DNA from: Takakia lepidozioides
Lineage: Eukaryota; Plantae; Bryophyta
NCBI GenBank assembly: GCA_030704615.1
Contig: CM060732.1
Location: 44,392,001 to 44,456,000 of the forward strand
Direction of reading: 5' to 3'
DNA length: 64,000 nucleotides
Below are positions 12,503 through 24,103 of the stretch, piece by piece. The position numbers were made by a program, and so were the translations under genes. A model generated the notes under the pieces. That model was not told where the DNA came from and made no database searches. It saw only the letters and a program-made list of their open reading frames with translations. The first letter of the stretch is position 1. Each line of letters opens with the position of its first letter.

Positions 12503-15500
12503 TTTTTATTTTTTGTTTTTTTTGTTTTTATTTTTCAAATGAATCCCTGGTTACTTTATTGATAATTATTGTGGGGAAAAAAATTAAAACCCCGTTGTCG
12601 CCATAAGGCACACACACCGTATTCAGTGTATTAAGAGCCAATCATCTCCTGATGGAGATAAAGTCTGGAGAACAAAATACCGTGCCACTACTGATGGACA
12701 CTTACACAAAGATCCGTGATCCAGGAGCCAAAACACCTCCGGTTGGAGGAAAGTCCAAGAGACCAAAAAACAGGGCTCTCTGCCCGAGACCTAAATCTTA
12801 ACAACGCATACCCTACCTTGTCTACGATGACGCAAGGAGAGCGATGTCGGGAGAGAGTAAGAAGATCTTTGAATAAGGGGGGGCTGAGAGAGAGATCCAT
12901 CTATAGTGCAGCTTAGAAGCAGTCGATGAAGGTTTTTGATGTTTCCAGTTAATGTCCCGTTCAAACTCCGGGGAAAGAGTGGAGTGGTGCACGAAGATCT
13001 CGCCAGGCTTGAGGGGGGAGCTCGTTCCAGCTGCATTGGTCTTGCACAGGGCTGCTGCATATGAGGCCCTGTCTGCCCCAGGTATGTTGAGACTTCTTGT
13101 GGAGCGCAGCTGCATTCGTGGCGTCATGTTCAATGTCTACACAGAGTTTCCCCCATGCTTTCCTAGCCTCAGTTTGTAAGTCCCAAAATACACTGGCAAG
13201 GAGAGAGGATGTTGTTGTTGTGTAGCCTTGGAAAGTGTTCTTACAACATAGTTTCCATAAGTGCCACATCGTAGAGGCTCTGAGGGTTTCAAACACTGGG
13301 CAATTTAGGGTTCTATTCTTGGAAGCTGGGTCATAGTCATGAGAGAAGGCAATGTTCGATGGATTCCAATACTGCAGTGGAACAACAAGCACACAAGAGG
13401 GCTCCCTGGAATTGTAGGCATTCCCCCACTTTGAGAACTCTATTAACAACCTGCCAAAGGAAAGCTGCTATCTTTGATGGCCGGGTTTTGATCCACACTG
13501 AGCCCCAAATGATTTTCCAGTTCTCATCGCGGAAGTTGTAGAGCCCCCATTTTGGTTCCCATTTCTTGTTCATGGGTTGGGTGATTGACAGGGCTTTGTA
13601 GCCCTTTTTTGTTGTGTATGCAAAGAAGGGTTCTGGGGTGGTGTTGAATTTCCATAACCATTCGGAGGGGTCAATATCCAATTCTGCTAGTGGCCTACCC
13701 AAAATCCATACAAAGGAGTTGGTTGATAGCCAAGCTCTAGTGGTGATAGTGAGGGGTGGCTGGGGATTCATACCCTTATCTGTGGTTGTCCAGCAGTAGA
13801 CACGGATTGGGGTGAGAGGCATAGTTTGGATTGTCAAAGGTTCTATAGAGGTAAGTGTGAGTCTTAGGGAGGTGGTGTTGATGGCGAATGTGAAAACAGC
13901 TATGTCATTTATGGATATGTCATCTACAAAAACAATGGTAAGCTGGTTGTGAAGTATGATGAGTGCCCAGGATTTTGGGACTGGTTCCGGAGGGCCTGCG
14001 GAAAGGGTGGCCAACCATTGCACTGGTATAGATGAACAAGTTGTTGGTGGCCTTTTGTGGCCCTTGCAAGGCCTACAGCCTGAGCCATAGATTGTAGAGA
14101 TATGAAACCAATCCCTGACCATATGTTATGAATTTGTCTGATGCCAAGGCAGTCCCATTTGGACCACCTTTTTGCCTGGTTTTTCTGAGAAGGGGTCAAA
14201 GGAGTGTCGTTTAGAAACAAGTGTTGTCTCTTAACTTCATAGAAGGTACTTGGCTGGGCTTTTACAAGCAGTTTCCTTAGCCGCCCCCAGGCTGACCAGA
14301 TGTTAGACCATAGGGCGGATCCCACTGTCTTCAGATTAAATCCTTGAGTGAGCCAACGTAGGGAGGGGCTCCATGGGGTAGTCTTGAGAGGGGAGGATTT
14401 TGTAATGTGGTCATAGACCAAGAATTTCCACCATCCCCCCTCCGGCCCTAGAAACCTGGGTATCCCTTTGCCAAGAAGAGCTACAATCTGTGTTTATGGA
14501 TCGAGTATCCCTAACCCCCCTTTTTTTTTGGGTAAACAGATTTGGGCCCAGGCTACAAGCGGTCGTTTGTTTTGGGATGAGGTCTCGGCTCCCCAGACAA
14601 AGTTCCTAAGCAGGCGCTTGATTTCCTGAATCTGTTTAGAGCTTGGGCGCCAGGAAGAAGCATAATACCATAATCCAGCTGAATGAATCTGATTAGCAAC
14701 AAGGGCTCTACCTGTAATTGAGAGATGTTTTGAACCCCAGTAAGTCAGTTTCCTCTTCAAGTTGGTCATTGTGGCAGCAAAAATCTGTTGGTCTGTCAAA
14801 CCAATTCCATATGTGTAGCCCAGTAGTGTGGTGGTCTCCCCAGGTTTGATCAGCCACCTTAGCCCTTGATCCATTCCCCATGCGGGCGGGGATCCCATTG
14901 TGGATTTTGAGAGGTTCCCTACCAGCAAATCTGAAGTCTTATTCCAGTTTACTTTGAATCCAGATGTTGCACAAAACTTGTTCAAGGTAAACCCTGCCCG
15001 GTCCAAGTTTTCCGGGGTGGCTTGCAACATTAAAAAGGTATCATCAACGAACATTGAGTCCACCAAGAAATTGTACTGCCTGGTAATGTAGTTAGTGACC
15101 CTGAGGCCCTTTATAAACTGATTTTGCTGTAGCATGTAGCCGAGTGTATCTGCCACCACCAGAAACAGGAAAGGTGAGAGGGGGCACCCTTGCCTCACTG
15201 AGCCTGCAGAGGGAACGAAGCTAATAAATGGCCATTGATTGAGACTCTGCTAGATGCATCGGTGAGTAATATCCTGACCCATTTGCAAAAGGATTGGGGA
15301 AAACCCAATTTGGCCAAGGCTGCCAGCAGGTATGACCATTCAACACGATCGAAAGCCTTCTCAAAGTCTAAAAGGAGGAGGGCAATAGCTTGGTCTGTTC
15401 TAGCCGTGAAGTCTGGAATTTCTTGGGCTAGAAGGAGGTTATCCAATATGTATCTACCCTTGATAAACCCTGTTTGATTTGGCCTAATTATAGTTGGAAG

Positions 15501-18430
15501 TAGAGGTTGCAATCTAAGGGCCAGTGCCTTCGCCACTATCTTGTAGGCTACATTGAGGAGGGTTATGGGCCGATAATTTGATATGTTTGTTCTATCACCC
15601 TTTTAATAGAGTAAGGTTATAACTCCTTGTGTCATAATTGTGGGCATGTGTCCCCGTTGAAACACGTGGTTTGCCATTGCAGTGAAATCCCTGGAGATTT
15701 CCGGCCACAATGCTTTGTAAAATTCCACCGATAAACCGTCTATGCCTGGGGATTTGTTGTTCTGAAGTTTCGATAATGCTTCACCCAGCTCTATATCTGT
15801 GAACTCACCTTCTAATTGGGAGGCGAACTGGTGGGATAGCAGGGTAGGGGTGTGTATCAAACAAGATGTTTGTTCTTCTGTTGGTTGCAGGGAGTCGAGG
15901 TCACTATGAAAAAGATTATGGAAGTGCCTGCCAGCCAGCATGGCCATGGCCTTTGGTGTAGAAGTTGAAGTGCCTGATGGCTGTTCAATGAGCTCAGAAA
16001 TTGTTTGAGAGGCACGTCTCAATCTTGTTTTGTCGAAAAAATATTTATTCATTTTTTCTCCTTTTGTGGACCAGTTGACACCCGCCTGCAATTTCCACTT
16101 CCTCTCCTGGATTTTGTGATGAATGTCAAGGTTGTTTCTGGCTTGGACATATGTACGGTATGTGTCTTCATCACAGCGAGTGGATTCTATTTTCGATTGA
16201 CAAACTTTGAGGCATTTGTTTAAGGCTATGACCTTCCTCTTCCTGATGCTTGCTAGTTCCTGACTCATCCTCTGACTTTCAATATTGACAGCCTTCAGCT
16301 TGGCCAGGAAGAGATGCATAGGGTTTAGGAGGTCACTTCCCGCCTGAGTCCAAACCCTTAGCAGGCCTTGCTTGAAGCTTGGCAGCTTAAGGAGGAGGTT
16401 ATTTATTTTGTAAAGGCCTCTACCCCTTCTGTAAGAGTCTGGTAGGGTTATGGAGAGGGTAATTGGTGCATGGTCAAAGCATAAGGGTATTGGTTCTTGA
16501 GGGGCTCTCTTAGCATATTGAACTAAGTCAAGGGAAATATAAGCTCTATCAAGACGAGCCATACTTGGATATGCTAGAGAACGGTTATTGGACCAGGTAA
16601 AGGTGATGTTTGATGACTATCCAAAGATTGGTACTGCTTCTGTGAGGTTGTGTGTTTGCATGCAGTTGAACCACTGGTCCATTTCTTCTGGGTTTGAGGT
16701 AAATAACCCCGTGCCTCTTCTATCCTCTTGCATCTCCACCATATTAAATCTCCGGACAATATCCAACTATCTATTGAAGGTTGTTCCCTCATTTTTGTGT
16801 TGAGAGTGTTCCAAAATTCTGCTCTGTCAGTAGAATCGTTGGGTGCATAGATATTCACCAGCCCAATTGGATCTGTTGAGTTGGGTAGGGATAAGGCACA
16901 AAATAGCAATCTTCCGAGGAGCCAGGTGTCCTGCGTAGTGAGGAACGGTTGAATGGTAGGTGAAAGAAGTATTGCAGTACCTCTTTTCGTACCCGTGGAA
17001 GTGGGTTTCCATAAGGAGTTAGCTAATGGCCATAGAAAATCAGTGAGGCTATCTATTTTCCCTTGACCTAGTTTATGCTCCTGCAGGAATATGATGGAAT
17101 GATTTGCAAGGAAGGGAGTCAGCCAGGTTTTGATTTTCAGCCTTTTTAAAGAAGTTGGGTCTGCTCCCAACCCTCTTATATTCCATGAATGGAGGTTAAA
17201 GATCATTGGCAGGTCGAGGTAGGCTGAGGCTGACAGTCTCATTTGATAGCCTAGAAGTGTGATAGAAGAATTTAACCCTATTGTCTCTTGGTCGCAGGGA
17301 ATTTTTCCAGACATAATTGTCCGGGGGATTGCGAGTTTTATTCTGGATGAGTATGAAAACCCCTCTAGGTTTTGTGTTTTTGGGTAGGTCATGGGATGAA
17401 AGGAATTGTCCTGTAGACACTGTGGAGATGGTTACAGATAAAACCGAGGCTTCAGTTGGGAAGAACATCGCATTGAAAAGATCGTTAAAACCAGGGTATC
17501 TCTCACTGATTGAGCCATCGGAGGGAAGAGTTCCAAAGGGTATGTTTTCTGGCAAATCAAACACTGGTAGCCTATGTCTGACTTGCTTCCCCCCCACGTA
17601 TTTCTCTTTCTCGCATAACATCCAGCATCTAGCAAGGTTCCCAGATAAGACCTGATAAATGAAACAGGGTGAGAGAGAGGATGGTACCTTGTTTTGGGAA
17701 GGTGGAGAGGAGGGAATTAAGACCTTGGGTGGAGAAGTCACTTGAGAGTTCGGCAGCGAGTTAGCCTGGGTTGTGTCAATGATTGTTGGGGAGGATACTT
17801 GTTTGGCTCCTTTCACCGAGTCCATTATGTTGTGATTCTCCTCTTGCGTAGACGATTCCACCTGGGAGTCTGAGGAAGAGTGAGAGTGATCTGTATGTCT
17901 GGTGCCATTAATATGATCTCTTGTCCTTTGAACCTCCATTCTGTAATTTTCCCCATCCACTTCAGAGTCCAAGTGGGCTCCCAACAACTTAAACCCATTT
18001 ATCAAGGTATCCTGGTTGTGAGAGATATGGATCTTAAGAGAGGGGTTGGCGGAAAAAGTAGAGGAGGGGGGTATAGGCGGGAAACGTCACTGTAGAAAGC
18101 AAACGGCTTAGAAGCTAAAGACGGCTGTGGTGGGAGGATTAGGGATGATACAGGTAGCGAAGATGGAGGTGAAAGGGAGCAAGATGTTAGGATGAACACT
18201 GTAGAAGAAAGTATTGAAAGAGAACCAAACAAAAACTTGTAATGTGCATATCATTTGAAAGCTAAGCTTGGGAGTATTTGCTATTTGGTGTAAGTAAAGC
18301 AAGCAGGAAGTCGATAGGATCTGATAGAGATGGAAGAAGTTTTCAGATGACCGTTGGAGGTTGTCTCGCAGCTCCGCCATCGCGCCTCGGGGCCCCTCCT
18401 CCAAAATATTCGCCTCTATTTTCTTCTCTC
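12503..18430 (-). mobile_element. Near full-length L1-clade LINE (ORF1-like region + EN/RT/zf-RVT ORF2), frameshifted
   Basis: ORF2 starts ~17206 with APE motifs SWNIRGL, FLQEH, NIYAPND, ARLDR, DHAP; RT KSPGIDG, LDFEKAFDRV, RQGCPLSPFLF, FVDDT; zf ESIEHCL; poly(A) tail as T-tract at 12503-12536; 5' limit approximate. Confidence 0.9.
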
Positions 18431-20746
18431 AAAATAAATCAATAAATGATTGCCAAATTTTTTTTTTGGGAGGACCACGAAGGGACAGGTGAGCGGGTCG
18501 TTGATGAAACAGGAAAGTGAGAGTAACTGTGGTCAAGTTCGCTGTCTTTTTGGGGATGAAAAGTTGTAATAAGCCAGCGCTCAACTTTCCCACAAATCTA
18601 CTGTACGAATAAATGTATAGGCCAGAAGCTGAAGAATATTCGTTAAAATATCTGACGTTCAAATGGATTTGTTCTCTCTATCCGGATCATGAAGGGAGCA
18701 GTTGGGGATATTTGTTAACGAATGGGATCATAGCAAAGGATTCTTTCGGGGGGTGTGTCAGCAAGGCAATCCATCGCCCGACCCGCCCTATTATGGTAGG
18801 GCACCCTATTATGGATGGCTACATTTTAAACCTCTGTTACTTTAACATGTAGATGAGTTATACAGTAAAATTTTAACCACATATAAAAAAGTAAATTATT
18901 TCTCAACTCTCATTTTTTTTGGATTTTTTTTAATTTTATTACAAATATAATATGAATTTTTGAAGATAATGAGTGGATTTTCCTACATTAGACCTACAAA
19001 AGCTATAGTTTGGTTCTAAAAAATGTCTACTTTAAAATAATCCAAAACCCATAGGAGTTTTTTTTGTACCATGGTTAGGAGTTCCATGATTCAAGTGAAA
19101 GTCACTAATAATACATATTTGGGTGAAAAATAGTGCACAATAATAATAGTGCGTGTTTATAGAACAGACTGACAGGGTTTGAGTAACGGAGGGAAAGGTA
19201 GTGTAAGTTGGCCTTTGACCAATCCTGATTGGATGCCATCTCACTCTATTATGACCTATTCCGTATCCTATTTTGGAGTCTTTGCAAACCCTTTGGGCGC
19301 TGGTGCATGTTGTTTCTGTTCTGATGGGACCACTACTTGGTCGAACTAGACGGGCATGGCAGAACGAGCAAATGTTACCGATGTGCTAGGGTCGATGGGG
19401 AGCAACCTCAGGAAACCAAAGAGGAATGTAGATACTTAAGCTTAGTGAACTTTTAAGAAATCGTGTTGCATCTGCACTGGGACCGACGTTTGTGCAAGCA
19501 GGTCTGGACATATGGTATTGACGATGTGCACGAACTTTGGCTAGTTTCCTTGAATAGTGACGGGCATGGCTATGGAATGAACTTTTGTAGTTGAACGATG
19601 TGGAGAAGATCAAAATGGATCACCTCCAATATGCAACTCCTTGGTTCTTGTGATGCTCTTGTCATGCCGTTGGAGTGAATGAAGCATGCTATAGGAGCAA
19701 TGCTGGAGAGCTCAGGGTGTTTGGATTGGGGCAGAGCACGCCATGGAAGACAACAAGTGGTCCGTGCAGTTGCGGGAGTTGATGTATGTACTTCCCGACT
19801 TCTTTTGCATCTCTCTCAATAGAGGCCCATAGATGGAACAATCTCCTGTTCTGCTGGTGTTCTTCTCTAATACGCCATGCATAGACCCACTTCTCTCTTA
19901 TGTTGTCTTGCTTGTGAGAGGCTCCAATATGAAAGATTTTCCATGATGGAGTTATAGTAATAGCTGGGTTTCATGAAGACAAAGTTTGAACACCATGTGC
20001 ACCCTTGTAGTAGAGTAATTTTGGTTAATTGATTTTCTCCAACATAGTGTGATAAGTAGGGTAGAATCCACTCCGAGTAGCCCAAATTGGTTACGGTAAT
20101 AAGAAAATGAGAAGTAAACAGGCCTGAAGTAATAGCTGAGAGAGAAAGAGTTAGGTAGTTAGTTAGTTAGTTACTTATTAGAGGTTGGGGAAAGACGTGG
20201 GAGAAAGGCCTTGTGCATCTGATATTTTTTTCTAATACACACATAATGGGAGGAATGTATAACCTCTTGCTCAGAACTCCTACTTCAAAGTCAGTGTCCA
20301 AATCTTTAAGGGTGGTTCTACACTGATCAGCAGCAGAGTCTTGTATTGAAGAACTAAGGAAAGAGAATCTGCATCTCAAGAGACAGATTGAGGAGTCAGG
20401 TGTTCAAGCAGTTATAAACATGTGGGATGTCATTTTGCACAACAAGCTTTCTCTCTTGTGGTGTAGCATGTCTGCCAAGTATGATTTAATGGGTTTTCTG
20501 GTGATTCTTGAGTCCAGTGAGAGCTTTCACATTTGGTGGTGAAGTGTAGGCTGAGGTGGCTGCAGAGACAGTACATAGAGAGCCAAGACAATCTGGCAAC
20601 ATTGATGAAATCAGGCAATGATCCTGACTGCACCTTCTACAAGCACAGTTCAGCCTGTCTTACTCTCTTTTCAGAGTCGTCCATGTCAAGTTTTATGTTG
20701 AAAGTGGTTCAAGTAGTGGTGGCAAGGTGGACAAGTCTCCTCCATT

Positions 20747-23004
20747 TCAGAGAAGTCTTCTCCTCATAACTTGTCTACGCTGATTTTGAATACACCATCC
20801 AGGAACAGTGCCACAGTATGGTGCATGGTACTCTGTAGGGAGAATTGGTCTTCCCTCTCTAATTGCAGCATGGAGCTTGTCTCCCACTTCCCTCACATTT
20901 TTTGCTGACCAGAATTTGTCAAATGCTTTTTTGGCCACCTTCTCCTTCGCTCTCTGTTCTTGTGCAAGTTTGAGAGCTTCCTTTTCTGATGTAGCTTTAG
21001 CTCTTCTCTGCTCCTTTTGCTTTTTTTTCTCATCTCTTTCTTTGTCTGCCTGTTCTTTACGTCTAATTTTCTCGTCCAATGCCGCCACATAATCCACAGA
21101 AATCATCACTATAAATTTGGAGTAATCAATGATAGGTTCTCTAGTTTTTGCCTGTTTAAAGGTAAGCACTTGAGGGAGTGGCAAAAACTTGTTGATTCCT
21201 TCCTGTCGATGCATGTCTTCATTGTGTTGTTCATCTTCATATTGTGTTGTTCCTCCTGACTTTTTGGGTCAGCAATGTCCACAAAGTAATGGCAGGTGTA
21301 GCCATTTGCATTCTCATCTTCTTCTTCCCTAATGTCTTCAATAGTGATGTCTGGCTCATTGTCCTCTTCACTTTGAGAGTCACCCCCACTTTCTGTTTCA
21401 GAACCCTCATCAAGGCTTGGGGTTGATGCGAATGCTCTTGAAGGTCCATAATGCTTGTCCATTGCCCTTGCATTGTATGGCCAGATTCCAACTTTTGCAA
21501 ATCCTTTTGTGATGTTGTGTTTTGTAAGTACTAACCTCAAGCCTTTGCTGGCCCACTCCGCAAGATCTTCTTTTTCTGCATAGCTGTCATTTCTGCGCAT
21601 TGTCGTTTCATATCGAGTTTTCCTGAATGACTTTGAAGGGACCAAAGCATGCCACATCAAGAGGCTGGAGCACATGGCTTGTGTGAGCAGGTAATGTGAC
21701 CATATCCAAACCCATTCTTTGTGCTTTCAAGACTGCTTCTTTTGAAACATGAGATCCATGCCCATCCAAAATCAGTAGATGTCGGTTGGTAGGTGAAATT
21801 CCTTGTGCGTGCTTCTGGAAGTGGTCTAGCTAGCAAGTGAATAATGATTTGTTAATCCATGCTTTGTCTTGCATTGCCATAAGAGACCCCGGCTCACATT
21901 TTGCAATGTAATTCTTCCTTTTCTGTCTGCCTTTGAAGATATAAAAGTTCGGTATGGAGAGACCTGCTGCATTTACGCATACAAGTACAGATATCCATTC
22001 TCTGCTTTGAGGTATGATACCATACACATAATGTGTGCCCTTCTTTGCCAATACCTTTGCTCCACTTGTGCGACCAGCTTGCACTCCCGTTTCATCACAA
22101 TTCCAGATTTGTGATGGGGGATACTTATGGAGATCATACATGCCTTGTAGGTTGGCATAGAAAGATTGACAATTTTTAACATTTACAGCTTTTGCTCTAC
22201 TTACCTCCAAACCTTGAGCAAAGCGCAAAGATATATCAGGATGACGTCGCTTGAACCATCTCCACCACAAGTTCTCAGGTATACCCTCAACAAATGGTGT
22301 TGCGCGCTCTTGTGTGATTTCAACAACTTTCAATTTCAGTTGTCCGACATTGATGCCATATCCCAATTCTTGCATATCGAAAATCCATTTGACAATGATA
22401 TCCTCCTCATCTTTGGATAGCACTGTTGGACCTCCTTGCTTGCGACCATGCACCCTCCCATAAAGATGATTTCTAAGAGAAGCTGGAGGAATGTTCCATT
22501 GGCGAGCAGCAACGTTGATTGGGCAGCCATCATCAACAGCATTTATGGCTGCCTTCAGGTCTTCATCAGTCCATTCAGCTCTCTTTCTTCTTTTGCTCCT
22601 GATGCTTGGAACTTGGAATTGAGAATGAAGAGGTCGTCTATCTCTATTGGTAGGTTGTGTGTTTGAGGGAGGTTGACATGCTAGTTGTGGAGAGGGACAA
22701 GGATGTTGAGATTCTGTTGGCTGAAAATGATGAGGGTTGAACCTTGCAGGTTGAGGACGCAAAGGTTAGAGATAGGTGATCTAGTGGTAAAAGGAGAGAA
22801 AGGTGATCTCACATGAACATTGGGAGAAGCATTGGGCAAGTTGGTAATGTCTTGCAAAGGAATATGAGAGGGGTTTTGAGATTGAGCAAACTGAAATGTG
22901 TTTATGTCAAACTCTTGGCTGTCCTCTTGACTATCTTGGAATGTGTAATGTGGATCAGAGGGCATGGAAGAGATCCCTAGACTAAACGATGGTGGAGAGG
23001 CCAT
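20747..23004 (-). mobile_element. pogo/Tigger/Fot1-type transposase pseudogene (HTH_psq + CENP-B HTH + DDE_1)
   Basis: WTDEDLKAAI..AARQWNIP (psq), WWRWFKRRHP, IWNCDETG, and past a stop LLILDGHGSH and LPAHTSHVLQPLDV; stop and frameshifts; termini not found. Confidence 0.88.
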
Positions 23005-23794
23005 GGTTGCAGTCTACTGGTGATTCTGCAATAGAAAAAGCAAGACACAAGCATGACCAATGTGTCCACTCAATATTGTTGCACACTAACCTTTTAGTGA
23101 ATGATAGCAACACAAGAGTTTAGATTTGCAAATATGCAAAAGGCAGATTATAGTGCAACATTGACAAGTTAAATACAAAAGAGCAACCAAAAAGCAAAAG
23201 AGTTTAGTGAAGCTTGTACCTCAAAGTATTGTCTAATGTTGCATGTATCCAGCAAAGACTGTTTGTACGTAGAGGACTAGAGAATGGTGGAAGAACACCT
23301 TACTGATCCATTTGGATCCTAAGGAATATCTATTTTTCACCTCAAGGAGGTTATGAAAGGTTCTAGAACCCATTTTGAATTTGAGATGTCCTTGTTCGGA
23401 ACACGCTCTGGGCGACACGTCGCATGGATGGTAATAATTTATTTGGATGATAAAATATGTTCTTGAGAATGTCATCCAAAAATCATTTTATTGATAATGT
23501 TTTTATCCATTTATGACACTTACGTGCCCTATTTTGGAGGGGAGTAGAAACTGACCTGTCCAGGTTAAAGAGAACTTAGAGAACCCTATGGTTCCCATGT
23601 TCTATAGAGCTCCATATAAAGACAACCCCACACCATGACCCAACCAGCTCACCATATCAGGGCAGCCTACCTTATCTGCAGGTGCCCACCATCCAGCTCC
23701 TTGTGCTCTGTGATTGGGTGGCAACAGAAAATATCTGGGGTTCTCCTTTCGTGTGTGGCCCCGGAGTTGAACACAGGACGAAGTAGTCCGGATG

Positions 23795-23952
23795 AACAGA
23801 CTTCGTCGATACTCTGACTTAGGGCTTTGTCACAGACTTCGTCGAGAGTGATTTAGGGTTGCAAGAACGTTTAGGGTTCCGAAATCTTCGATTGTTCGTC
23901 TTCGTCTTCGATCTTCGTCTTCGAAATCGAAGATCTTCGATTGTTCGTCTCG
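23795..23952 (+). promoter_or_regulatory. Putative 5' UTR of mL46 with telo-box-like TTAGGGTT motifs and TTCG-rich tandem repeats
   Basis: TTAGGGTT at ~23853 and ~23871; duplicated ACAGACTTCGTCGA and ATCTTCGATTGTTCGTC; telo-boxes are typical of plant ribosomal protein genes. Confidence 0.4.
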
Positions 23953-24103
23953 GGACGCACACAAGGATCTCTGCATTTCATTCTGAGGAGCATTCTGGGA
24001 GCGAAATGAAGTGTTTGGACCCTGGAGTTTTTGGTATTGCCTCCAGGGTGTGAATTTAAAGCTTGATCCTCAGCGACTGACGAGTTGAGAGAGGCAGTTC
24101 CAA

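Noticed and set aside
12490-18450. TSD for the long LINE
   Set aside because: No matching direct repeat found, so the 5' end is approximate
18780-23546. TIRs and TA TSD for the pogo element
   Set aside because: Only an 8-bp inverted match (TAGGGCAC/GTGCCCTA) plus direct motifs; no convincing terminal pair
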